Source: Candidatus Sulfopaludibacter sp. SbA3
GTDB taxonomy: Bacteria; Acidobacteriota; Terriglobia; Bryobacterales; Bryobacteraceae
Assembly (NCBI GenBank): GCA_945860645.1
Contig: CAMATG010000001.1
Span: forward strand, 1 to 51,810
Direction: 5' to 3'
DNA: 51,810 nucleotides
Part shown: one piece after another, positions 39,147 to 47,637 of the stretch
How the letters are laid out: every line of letters starts with the position of its first letter
How positions within the stretch are numbered: the first letter of the stretch is position 1
Made by a program: the position numbers and the translations under genes
The notes under the pieces: generated by a model
The model's database searches: none
What the model was told of the DNA's origin: nothing
Seen by the model: the letters and a program-made list of their open reading frames with translations, nothing else

Positions 39147-42100
39147 TTACAGGGTAAAGGTGATCGACCTTGCTCCGGTTGCGACCGCCGCGGCGCCGGC
39201 TGCTGTACCTGCATCGGTTGCGTTGACGATGACCGTATAGGTACCGGAAGCAACCGCGCTGCTGACACTGACGACGCCAGTCGAGGAATTGACGGTGACG
39301 CCAGCAGGAGGCGGAGTGGTGTTGTCGAGCGCGAAGGAGACCGCGCCGGTGTTACCCGTGGCGGAGACCGTCGTGAGCGCACCGCCGACACCCTGTGTGA
39401 GCGTCGCGAGTGTGGTGTTGGCCATATTCAGGCCGACCACAATCGAGATGTTCAGCGTACCGGTGAGCGGCGAAGTGGCCGAGTCGGTAGCGGTGATCTG
39501 CAGGTTGTAGGTACCAGCCGGGGTGAGGGCGCTGACGCCGATGACACCCGTATTGGTATTGATGGTCATGCCGAGCGGAGCCGAGGCGATCGTGAAGGTG
39601 TACGGATAGGCACCGCCGGAAGCGCTGATCGTGGTGGCCGACGGGGCGGCCGTACCATACGTTGCAGCGATAGGCGAGGCGGTGGAGGTACTAACCACCA
39701 GGCCGCCAGCCACGGTGACGGTGAAGGCAACCTTACCCGTCAGCGGGAAGTTGGCGGAGTCCGTGGCGGTCACGGTGACCGCGTAGGAGCCAGCCGTGCC
39801 AGCCAGAGGAGTGCCGCTGATGGCGCCCGTGGTGGCGTTTAGCGTCAAACCCGTCGGCAGGACGCCGGAGGTCAGCGCGTAGCTGTAAGGCGAAGTGCCC
39901 TGGGTGGCGAGGACCGAGTTGTTGGAACCGGCCCAGGCCACGTTCACCGTGCCGGTCAGACCGCCACCGCTCGGGCCGGCGACCTTCAAGCGACGGGCAA
40001 CCCACATATTTACGCCCGCCTGGCTGGTGCTCGAGCCGACGGTCACAACCACCGGCAATTGCACCGGGGTGGTGATCGCCGCGACCGAGGCGCCGGCGGA
40101 GTTCGTGAAGGGGCCACCGCCGCTGCCGGGCAGCCGCACGTTGACCTGATACAAGCCGGCGACGCTGTCCGGAACCCAACCGGCATAGCTCACCACACCG
40201 GCCACGCCACCAACGGTAACCGTGGGCGGGGTGCCGCCCGTCAGGAAGCAAGGGGCGAGGCGGCTGGTGTTGAGAAGGAGAGAGTTGACGATCACGCCGT
40301 CCAGGCTGGTAAGCGAGCTGCTGGCGCTGTTGTTCACCGACGTCAGGAAGCTGGCCGGGCTGACGCAATCAGCGGAGTAGGCAAAGCTGGTACCCGCGCT
40401 GGCATTGCTGGCCGTGCTGTCGGGGACGCCCAAGCCGGTCATGTAGATCTGCACCGTGTCGGAGTCCGTTGCGGTGGACCGCATACCGGCCTCGCTACCA
40501 GCGCTGGAGATAGGAGCGTAGTTCGACGCCAGAATAGCGCCATCGCCCTGTCCGTTCGCCGCCACTGTGAAGATGCCGGGTTTGGCGGCCGCGACCGTCA
40601 CGGGGAACACCGCACTGGTCCTCATCGTGGCGCCGGAGCCGTAGCCGAAGCTAACCACCATGTTGATTGTGTTGCCTGACTGGCCCGCCAAAGCGGCCGG
40701 TGCCATGATATTGATCTGCCCGTTGGTGGCGAACAGAATCGGCGCGGTGCCGAGGATGACAGGCGTGCTTGCCTGCGTCTGGAACGTCACGGTCAACTTG
40801 CGTTGCGTGGCGCTAACCGCTTCCGGGCTCACAAACATGGGATAAGCCAAGGTCGTGGGGTCGGGGATGCCGTAGAGGACATCGGTGCTGGCGCAACCGG
40901 TGCCGCCCGACGAGCAGAAGTTGGAGCCGAAGACGCTCAACATCTCGTAGGGTGCCACGGTCTGGATGGTGGGCGCCGTTACCTGCAGGAAGCTGGAGGC
41001 GCTGGTCACCGCGGAGACGATCGGGTTGGAGCCGATCGTAAACGTTGCCGTTCCGGTTGGCGTGGAGCAGGTCGTCCCGTTCGGGTTACACACACCGATG
41101 ACAACCGTGCCGCCGGTGCCAACTGGCGAGAAAGGCAGGTTGACGGATGCCGTGGTGGGAACCGTAATCGTCAGGACGATACTGGAGACGTTCACGACGT
41201 TGACCGCGATGGACGGTTCCACCACGAAGCCACTGGAGGCTACGACGCCGACCTTCGTGCGTAACGTCGGATCGGTTCCGGCGACAAAGCCAGAGCCGGT
41301 GATCGCCATTGTGAATGCCTGGCCGGCAGCGGCCGTCGGCAGGCTGGCCGGAGTCAGCGATGTGATCGCCGCGCCGGGGGCTTGCACGCTTACGCTGAAG
41401 GTAACCGTAATCGTAGTGGCGGGTGTGCCCGATGTGATTGCCACGGTGCCGACCATTGTGGTGCCGGGCTGCGCGGAGGCAAACAGATTCGGATTGAAAG
41501 TCACGGGAATCGGCGTACCGAAACTGTAGGCGAGGCCTTTCAAGTTGGCTGCCGGAATGACCGGGGCTAACGTTCCGCCTGACTCAATTGTGTAGGGGAT
41601 CGGAGAGTCGCTCGAGACGACTGTCACGAACAGGGAGGGAACCGCCGAACCGATGGTCCAACTGATGTTCCTCGACGTGCCTTCCGACACCGTCAACTTC
41701 GGCGCTGGATTATTCAGCTGTAACGTAATTGGCAGTGTCAGGTCCGCTTGGCCCGATACCTTCACTCGCAGGGTTGCGGAGTAGTTGCCGGGCGCCATAG
41801 TGTCGGCAACCACGGTGGAACTAAATCGCACACTCTTGGGAACCGTGCCCGAAAGCGAGTCCGCCGTCAGCCAAGGGGGCAGAGTAGAGGCATCCACGGT
41901 GAAGAACGGGGCCGGGTTGGAAGCAGAGGTGATGCTCACATCCACTTTGCCGGCCGTGCCGGAGCCCTTCACATAGGACAGGCTCGCCGGGTTCGGCGCG
42001 GCTGTCAGTGTCGTCGGAGGAACCACCTGCAATGTCACCATGACCAACTTGTCCGGTGCCGGAGCGTTGGCCAGGTGAACCGCGAAGGTGTTCGTCGTGC

Positions 42101-42794
42101 CGGCAGCGAACCCGCCGCAGCCCGATGCCGCGACAAACGATAAATTGACCGCCGTACTGGTGGCTGTTCCTCCCGATAATGGCGTCACCGTCAGCCAGCT
42201 TGGCAGCGCGTACGTGGAGTTTTCCACCGTGAACGGTGTGCCGCCCGTTGTCGCCGATTTTACGGCCAACGTTTGTGCCGGGCCGGGCGTGTAAGTGGGA
42301 GTCGGAGGGGTGCGAGTACACGTGAGTGTAATCGCACTGGGAACTGTGGTGAGCGGCGAACTCGAGCCCACCGTAACTGTGACGTTTGCCGTCACCGTTA
42401 CGTCGACGCCGTTAACGGCGGTGCTGAATCGGAAAGTCGGCGCGTTCGCGCCGGATGCAAGGCCCGCGCATCCGTTGGTAGCGCGCACCGTGAAGATGAT
42501 GCCCGCAGCCGAGTTCGCCGAACTGAGCGTCGTCACCGACGGTGCAGTCACTACCAGGCCGGCCCCGATTGAGCCCGCAGATACGATAAGCGTGTTGGAA
42601 CCGGTCAAAGCAGTGATCGGTTTGACAATAACATTCACAGCTGTGCTCGGTCCGGTGGCCGTGCTGCAAGTAAGAGTGACGGAGCCAGGTGTCGCCGTCA
42701 AGAGATTTACAGCGTAGGCCGGGATGGTCGATCCGACCATCGCGATGATCAGCCCTAAGGCAGATCGGTTGGCCTGGAGTAATGACAGTTTCAT
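39147..42794 (-). CDS. giant secreted Ig-like repeat protein with an internal Solibacter-type module and C-terminal cadherin-like/He_PIG-type repeats
   Basis: ATG at 42794 with AGGA upstream. Signal peptide MKLSLLQANRSALGLIIAMVGSTIPAYA. Thr/Ala/Ser/Val-rich beta repeats. SYALTSGVLPTGLTLNATTGAISGTPLAGTAGSYAVTVTATDS-type repeats. Confidence 0.8.
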   Translation of the reverse strand: MKLSLLQANRSALGLIIAMVGSTIPAYAVNLLTATPGSVTLTCSTATGPSTAVNVIVKPITALTGSNTLIVSAGSIGAGLVVTAPSVTTLSSANSAAGIIFTVRATNGCAGLASGANAPTFRFSTAVNGVDVTVTANVTVTVGSSSPLTTVPSAITLTCTRTPPTPTYTPGPAQTLAVKSATTGGTPFTVENSTYALPSWLTVTPLSGGTATSTAVNLSFVAASGCGGFAAGTTNTFAVHLANAPAPDKLVMVTLQVVPPTTLTAAPNPASLSYVKGSGTAGKVDVSITSASNPAPFFTVDASTLPPWLTADSLSGTVPKSVRFSSTVVADTMAPGNYSATLRVKVSGQADLTLPITLQLNNPAPKLTVSEGTSRNISWTIGSAVPSLFVTVVSSDSPIPYTIESGGTLAPVIPAANLKGLAYSFGTPIPVTFNPNLFASAQPGTTMVGTVAITSGTPATTITVTFSVSVQAPGAAITSLTPASLPTAAAGQAFTMAITGSGFVAGTDPTLRTKVGVVASSGFVVEPSIAVNVVNVSSIVLTITVPTTASVNLPFSPVGTGGTVVIGVCNPNGTTCSTPTGTATFTIGSNPIVSAVTSASSFLQVTAPTIQTVAPYEMLSVFGSNFCSSGGTGCASTDVLYGIPDPTTLAYPMFVSPEAVSATQRKLTVTFQTQASTPVILGTAPILFATNGQINIMAPAALAGQSGNTINMVVSFGYGSGATMRTSAVFPVTVAAAKPGIFTVAANGQGDGAILASNYAPISSAGSEAGMRSTATDSDTVQIYMTGLGVPDSTASNASAGTSFAYSADCVSPASFLTSVNNSASSSLTSLDGVIVNSLLLNTSRLAPCFLTGGTPPTVTVGGVAGVVSYAGWVPDSVAGLYQVNVRLPGSGGGPFTNSAGASVAAITTPVQLPVVVTVGSSTSQAGVNMWVARRLKVAGPSGGGLTGTVNVAWAGSNNSVLATQGTSPYSYALTSGVLPTGLTLNATTGAISGTPLAGTAGSYAVTVTATDSANFPLTGKVAFTVTVAGGLVVSTSTASPIAATYGTAAPSATTISASGGAYPYTFTIASAPLGMTINTNTGVIGVSALTPAGTYNLQITATDSATSPLTGTLNISIVVGLNMANTTLATLTQGVGGALTTVSATGNTGAVSFALDNTTPPPAGVTVNSSTGVVSVSSAVASGTYTVIVNATDAGTAAGAAAVATGARSITFTL

Positions 42795-43012
42795 ATCCAA
42801 AATCCTGTTCGAGTGCGATCTATGGCGAATTTGTAATCGCCCATCTACCTCTTCGGACTGGATCTATGGATATTGAAGAAAGTTAGTGTTTCAAGCGATG
42901 TTCGCCAGGGGGATTCCGTTGTTTCACTGAGTCTGTCACAGCCACATGCGTAGGGAAAATCTGCTGACTTAGTGCCTTTCCGAAGGGGCGTAGGGCAAAC
43001 GCTCCAGTTTCC

Positions 43013-45622
43013 TTACTCTGCCCGAACGTGCAAAATCGCATTGAACAGCATCGGAAACTCGCCATGATTTTGCCACCGGTAACAGGGATTTGTCCCAAAC
43101 ATCAGAACACGCCCCTTCCCCACAGGAACGTCCAGAATGGCCGCCTTGTCGCGAATTTCCCCAGCTCCCTTGAGCAACCCGCTCAACTCCGCGCCCGTGA
43201 ATTTCATCAGCGTCCAATTGCTCTTCTGCTTGTCCGGTATCGAAAACACCGGACCCGCGGCATAACGCACTGGCAGCCGTTTCTTCTCGTATCCGTAGAA
43301 AACTGGGTGCCCCGGCTGCAGGACCTCCGCCTCCACGATCGGCCCGGGCGCATAGAACGCCGGTGACGTACGCCGCGCCTCCACCTCTCTCGTCAGTCCG
43401 AACTCCGCGGGGAAGAAGCTCGACGCTCCCATCGTGATGACCACGCCCCCCTCCCGCACAAACTTCTCAATCTCCATCGCACCAGCCAGCCCCATGCCCC
43501 CGGTAATATCTTCCGTCTGCCCGTACATGCCCTGATACGCCAAAGGAATCTTCGCCGGCTCGATGTCATAAACCAGCCCCTTCCCGCTGCCATACTGGCT
43601 GGGAATCAGCAGCACGTCATAATCCGCCCGCAGCCCACCCTTCTTTACCCGCTCCTTGTAGATCAGGTCGTAGCCCACCCCATACGTATCCAATGCATGC
43701 CGCACCCAGCCCACCGGCTGCGTGTTTCCCCACGTGCTGAACATCGCCATTCTCGGTACGTCCACAACATGCCGCTTCCCCTCCGGCATCGCCTCCAGCG
43801 CCACAGCTCGCAGCCCCAAAGCCTCCACCTCCCGCCGCAAGCGCGCCGAATCCGCCACCACAAACGAACCCGCCGTCACCGTCACCGCGCCCGCCGTAAA
43901 CGCCTTCTCCACCGCCTCAAACTTCACGTCCTTCAACCGGTATCGCAGCGTAATCAATCCATGCTCGCCGTTGTGCAACACCGCCAACAGCGCCCCCGTC
44001 CCCTCCACGCGCCCCTTCACCTCGGCCCGGTCCACGGCGGTCACTGCCACATCCAACAACGCCTTATCCCCGACCTCCTTCACGTCAATCAGCGCCGTCA
44101 GCCCCATCGTCCAACCCGTGTCGTCGTATGTCCGCAAATTCGCATCCGGAAACACCTGCTTCTCCAACAGGCTCTTCGCCAACCGCCCATACGGCTGGTT
44201 CCGCTTCACCACAAACGAACCCGCCCCATACCCGTTCCAAGCCTCCCGCAGCGCCCCCACTTCAATCCCCTGCATCCGCAGCGTATTCACCACCCATGCC
44301 ACGCGCGTCTGGTCCTTCTGCCCCGCCGGAATCACAAACCCATACGGCGCGCCCTTCGCCCCGTCCTCCACCGCATGCAACGACTTCTTATAAAAGTTCT
44401 CGAGAATCACCCGCGGATGCGCCGCCGCCAACTCCAATGCCGACAACACCCCGGTCTGCATGTAGTTCGTGTTGTTCCGCAGCGACCACTCCACCTCCTT
44501 GTACGCCGGCAACGGCCGGTACCACTGCCGCTCCGCCGCCGCAAACCGGTCCCCCTCCCCCTGCACCTTCCGCTTCATCGTGTTCGCGCCGCCGTTGCCG
44601 TACGTCTCATACATCCGCAGCATGCCGTTGTGGTTCGACGCCATGAACCCCAGATACCCCACCGACCACATGTCCACAAACGCGTGCGTCCACACCCCCG
44701 GCATTCCATAGCCAATCAGCTTCGTCATCTCGTAATTCGCAAACCACGGCAGCTCCGCGTACAGAATCGGATCCAAATTCGCGTTCTGCGGCGCCTGCCC
44801 GCTGAAGGTATACAGAAACGGCACGGATTCATGCAGGTCGTGCACGATCGGCGGGTGCCAATCCAGGTAGGCCCGCAGCCAGTTGCGCATCGTAATCTGC
44901 GAATAGTTCATGTCCCGGTTGTTGTCGTGATAAATGTATTTGCCCCAATACGGCGGCCCCGGCAATCGGTCTTCCTCGGTCTCCTCCTGCACCTTGTAGC
45001 GCCGGTACCACTCCACATACCGGTCCCGGCCGTCTGGTTCCAGCAGCGGAGAAATCATCACGATCAGGTTCTTGCGAACGCCGTTAAACAGCGCCCCGTC
45101 CTCGGCCACCAGCCGGTACGCCAGCTCCATCAGCATCTCCGGCGGACCCGTCTCGCTGGAGTGCAACCCCCCAGTAATGTGATACACCGGCTTGGCTTTG
45201 TCCAATACGGAACGCGCTTCCGCCTCACCCATCCCGCGCGGATCCGCCAGCCTGGCCAGATAGCCTTTGTACGTGTCCAACGACGCCATCGTCGCCTCGT
45301 CCGCAATCACCGCGCTCCAGCACGGCCGCCCCTCGTCGGTCTGACCCACCTCAATAATCCGCAACCGCTTCGATGCCTTCGCCAGCGCCTCAAAATACCG
45401 CCGCACCATCACCGTATCCGTCAGCTTTTTCGGCGTGCCGACGTGATAGCCTAACACGTCTTTCGGCGTCGGAATCCCCTTCACTAATGGCAGATGATCC
45501 ACCAGCGGCGACGAGAACTCCGGCTTCGTCGTCCACTGCCCTACGGACTGCGCAAAGTCCGCATCCACACCCTGCCCAAAGGCCGCGCTAACCAGCGCCA
45601 GCACCAACGAAATGCGTCGCAT
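43013..45622 (-). CDS. secreted M14-family zinc carboxypeptidase-like protein (869 aa)
   Basis: ATG at 45622. Signal peptide MRRISLVLALVSAAFGQ. HxxE zinc motif in VYHITGGLHSSETGPPEMLMELAYRL. The ORF-track extension overlaps the kinase gene. Confidence 0.75.
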   Translation of the reverse strand: MRRISLVLALVSAAFGQGVDADFAQSVGQWTTKPEFSSPLVDHLPLVKGIPTPKDVLGYHVGTPKKLTDTVMVRRYFEALAKASKRLRIIEVGQTDEGRPCWSAVIADEATMASLDTYKGYLARLADPRGMGEAEARSVLDKAKPVYHITGGLHSSETGPPEMLMELAYRLVAEDGALFNGVRKNLIVMISPLLEPDGRDRYVEWYRRYKVQEETEEDRLPGPPYWGKYIYHDNNRDMNYSQITMRNWLRAYLDWHPPIVHDLHESVPFLYTFSGQAPQNANLDPILYAELPWFANYEMTKLIGYGMPGVWTHAFVDMWSVGYLGFMASNHNGMLRMYETYGNGGANTMKRKVQGEGDRFAAAERQWYRPLPAYKEVEWSLRNNTNYMQTGVLSALELAAAHPRVILENFYKKSLHAVEDGAKGAPYGFVIPAGQKDQTRVAWVVNTLRMQGIEVGALREAWNGYGAGSFVVKRNQPYGRLAKSLLEKQVFPDANLRTYDDTGWTMGLTALIDVKEVGDKALLDVAVTAVDRAEVKGRVEGTGALLAVLHNGEHGLITLRYRLKDVKFEAVEKAFTAGAVTVTAGSFVVADSARLRREVEALGLRAVALEAMPEGKRHVVDVPRMAMFSTWGNTQPVGWVRHALDTYGVGYDLIYKERVKKGGLRADYDVLLIPSQYGSGKGLVYDIEPAKIPLAYQGMYGQTEDITGGMGLAGAMEIEKFVREGGVVITMGASSFFPAEFGLTREVEARRTSPAFYAPGPIVEAEVLQPGHPVFYGYEKKRLPVRYAAGPVFSIPDKQKSNWTLMKFTGAELSGLLKGAGEIRDKAAILDVPVGKGRVLMFGTNPCYRWQNHGEFPMLFNAILHVRAE

Positions 45623-45641
45623 GGTTCGTAGGGTAACAGCC

Positions 45642-47000
45642 CTAGCGCTCCACTGCCTCCAGATGCCGCCGCGTCTCCAATACCTCCGCATGCGCCGCAC
45701 CCAATTGCCGCTGCCGGATCGCAAGCGACTCCCGGAACAACTCCTTCGCCCGCTCCCGCTCCCCGGCCAACGCGGAGGCATGGCCTCCGGCTTCCAGGAT
45801 GTCCGCCCACACCAACGGCTGGCCCTCCCACTTCTTCCGCAGCACCGGCAGGTTCCGTTCCAATGCGTCCTTCACGCTTACTCCAGCAAACAGCTCCGGA
45901 ACCACATGCGCCGCCAGTCGCGCCCGCGCGCCCTCCCTCTCCAGTCGCACCGTCTGCAGCCACAGGCCCAGCGAAGCAGCCAGCAACGCCACCACAAATC
46001 CCACGCCGATCCAATGCCTCTGCGCATACTTCGACGCGCGATACATCCACCCCACCCCATGCGCCTGCACCGGTCGCCCCATTTCATACGCCCGCAAATC
46101 ATCCAACAACTCCGTCACCGATCGGTACCGGTCCTCCGGGCGCAGCTCCATCGCCTTCGAAACAATCTGCGCCAGATCCCGATCCACTCCCGCCTGCCCC
46201 TTCCCCGCCAGCAGTTCGTGCAGCAACTCCCCCAATCCATACACGTCCGTCAATGTCGTCACCGCCCCGCCGCTCCGCTGCTCCGGCGCCGCATACCGCG
46301 GTGTCAACGGCGCAGGCCCCGTCTCCGCCGTCTCGTCCAGCAGCCGCGCAATCCCAAAATCCAACAGCTTCGGCTGCCCATCGGCGGTGACCAGAATATT
46401 GCTCGGCTTCAGATCCCGATGCACCACCAGGTTCCGATGCGCATACTCCACCGCCTCTCCCACCAACCGGAACAACCGCAGCTTCTCCCGCAAAGCCGGC
46501 CCTTTTGCCACCCAATCCGCCAGCGGCTCCCCATCCACATACTCCATCACGAAATACGGCTCCCCAGCCTCCGTCCGTCCGCCATCCAACAGCCGCGCAA
46601 TCCCCGGATGCTCCAACCGCGACAGAATCCGGCGTTCCACCAGAAAGCGCCGCAACACCTCCGCCCCCTCCCGCCGCATACACTTCACCGCCACCGTCTG
46701 CCGGAACTCCTCCCCCTCCCGTTCCGCCAGATACACCGTTCCCATGCCGCCCCGGCCCAACACCCGCAACACCCGATACTGCCCGATCTGCGCCGGCGCC
46801 ACCTCCTCCCAGAACAGCCCCAACGAACTCTCCGCCGCCTCGAACCACGCAAACGCTTCCCCCTCATTGCGCAACATCGCCAACACCGTCCGCGCCAGTT
46901 CCCCCTCCCCGGCACACTCTACCGCCAGAAACTCCTCCCACCGTGCCGCCGGCATCTCCCGGGCCGTGTGGTACAGACTATCCAGCCGCTCCAGTTTCAT
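45642..47000 (-). CDS. Ser/Thr protein kinase with transmembrane helix and C-terminal helical-repeat region
   Basis: GRGGMGTVYLA, VAVK, HRDLKPSNILV, DFGIARL, APE. TM segment WIGVGFVVALLAASLGLWL. ATG at 47000 preceded by GGAGGG at 7 nt. Confidence 0.9.
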   Translation of the reverse strand: MKLERLDSLYHTAREMPAARWEEFLAVECAGEGELARTVLAMLRNEGEAFAWFEAAESSLGLFWEEVAPAQIGQYRVLRVLGRGGMGTVYLAEREGEEFRQTVAVKCMRREGAEVLRRFLVERRILSRLEHPGIARLLDGGRTEAGEPYFVMEYVDGEPLADWVAKGPALREKLRLFRLVGEAVEYAHRNLVVHRDLKPSNILVTADGQPKLLDFGIARLLDETAETGPAPLTPRYAAPEQRSGGAVTTLTDVYGLGELLHELLAGKGQAGVDRDLAQIVSKAMELRPEDRYRSVTELLDDLRAYEMGRPVQAHGVGWMYRASKYAQRHWIGVGFVVALLAASLGLWLQTVRLEREGARARLAAHVVPELFAGVSVKDALERNLPVLRKKWEGQPLVWADILEAGGHASALAGERERAKELFRESLAIRQRQLGAAHAEVLETRRHLEAVER

Positions 47001-47571
47001 TCCGCTTCCCTCCACGCAGGTGTTGAAAGAGCCACGCCCGGGCTGTGTCCCAACCGCGCTTCACCGTCACCGGCGCCACCCCCAGCGCCTCCGCCGTCTC
47101 CTCCACGGTCAGACCGCCGAAGAACCGGCACTCCACAATCTGCGCCAGCCGCTGTTCGCTGGCCGCCAGTCGCTCCAGCGCCTCGTCCAGCTCCAGCAGT
47201 TCCCCGCTCTTCTGCTCGCTGGCTATCGTCGTCTCCGTCAATTCCACCTGCCGCCACCCGCCCCCGCGTTTGCCCCGGTGCAGATGCCGCGCGTGGTCTA
47301 CCAGGATGTTGCGGATCGCCACCGACGCAAAGTAAAAGAAGTGGCCCCGGTTGTCCCATGCCTCTCCCTCCCGGCTTGCCAGCCGCAGGTACGCCTCGTG
47401 CACCAAGCTCGTTGTGTCCGGTGACTCTTGTTCATGCCACTGCCAGCGCCGCCGGTGCGCAATCCGCCGCAGTTCGTCGTAAACCAGCGGAATCAGTTCG
47501 TCGGCCGCGCCCTGCTCTCCATGCGCGAACGCGCTCAGTAGCGTGGTCAAATTGTCGGGCGCGGGCATCAC
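46978..47571 (-). CDS. ECF-type sigma-70 factor of the kinase-linked subgroup
   Basis: LLSAFAHGEQGAADELIPLVYDELRRIA.. is region 2. A region 4 HTH lies near LTVEETAEALGVAPVTVKRGW. Overlaps the kinase start by 23 nt. AGGAG lies upstream of the GTG/ATG start. Confidence 0.88.
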   Translation of the reverse strand: MMPAPDNLTTLLSAFAHGEQGAADELIPLVYDELRRIAHRRRWQWHEQESPDTTSLVHEAYLRLASREGEAWDNRGHFFYFASVAIRNILVDHARHLHRGKRGGGWRQVELTETTIASEQKSGELLELDEALERLAASEQRLAQIVECRFFGGLTVEETAEALGVAPVTVKRGWDTARAWLFQHLRGGKRNETGAAG

Positions 47572-47584
47572 AGTGGCTCCTACG

Positions 47585-47619
47585 GAGAGCTTCCTCCTTG
47601 AGTATAGGAGGAAGCTCTC
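47585..47619 (-). terminator. strong hairpin between the giant VWA gene and the sigma gene (terminator or attenuator)
   Basis: 13-bp stem gagagcttcctcc / ggaggaagctctc with a 9-nt loop. No T-tract. Ends 3 nt upstream of the sigma-gene SD. Confidence 0.4.
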
Positions 47620-47637
47620 TCCATAGGAACCACCCGT

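Noticed and set aside
42824-42868. Direct repeat gatctatgg (two copies 36 nt apart) in the leader of the Ig-repeat giant gene.
   Set aside because: The repeat is only 9 nt with no flanking symmetry. It could be chance and is not enough to call a binding site.
47621-47637. GGAAC-cacc-CGTC on the plus strand, between the giant VWA gene and the sigma gene, as an autoregulated ECF promoter.
   Set aside because: The two elements are only 4 nt apart, and the motif is on the wrong strand for the minus-strand sigma gene.
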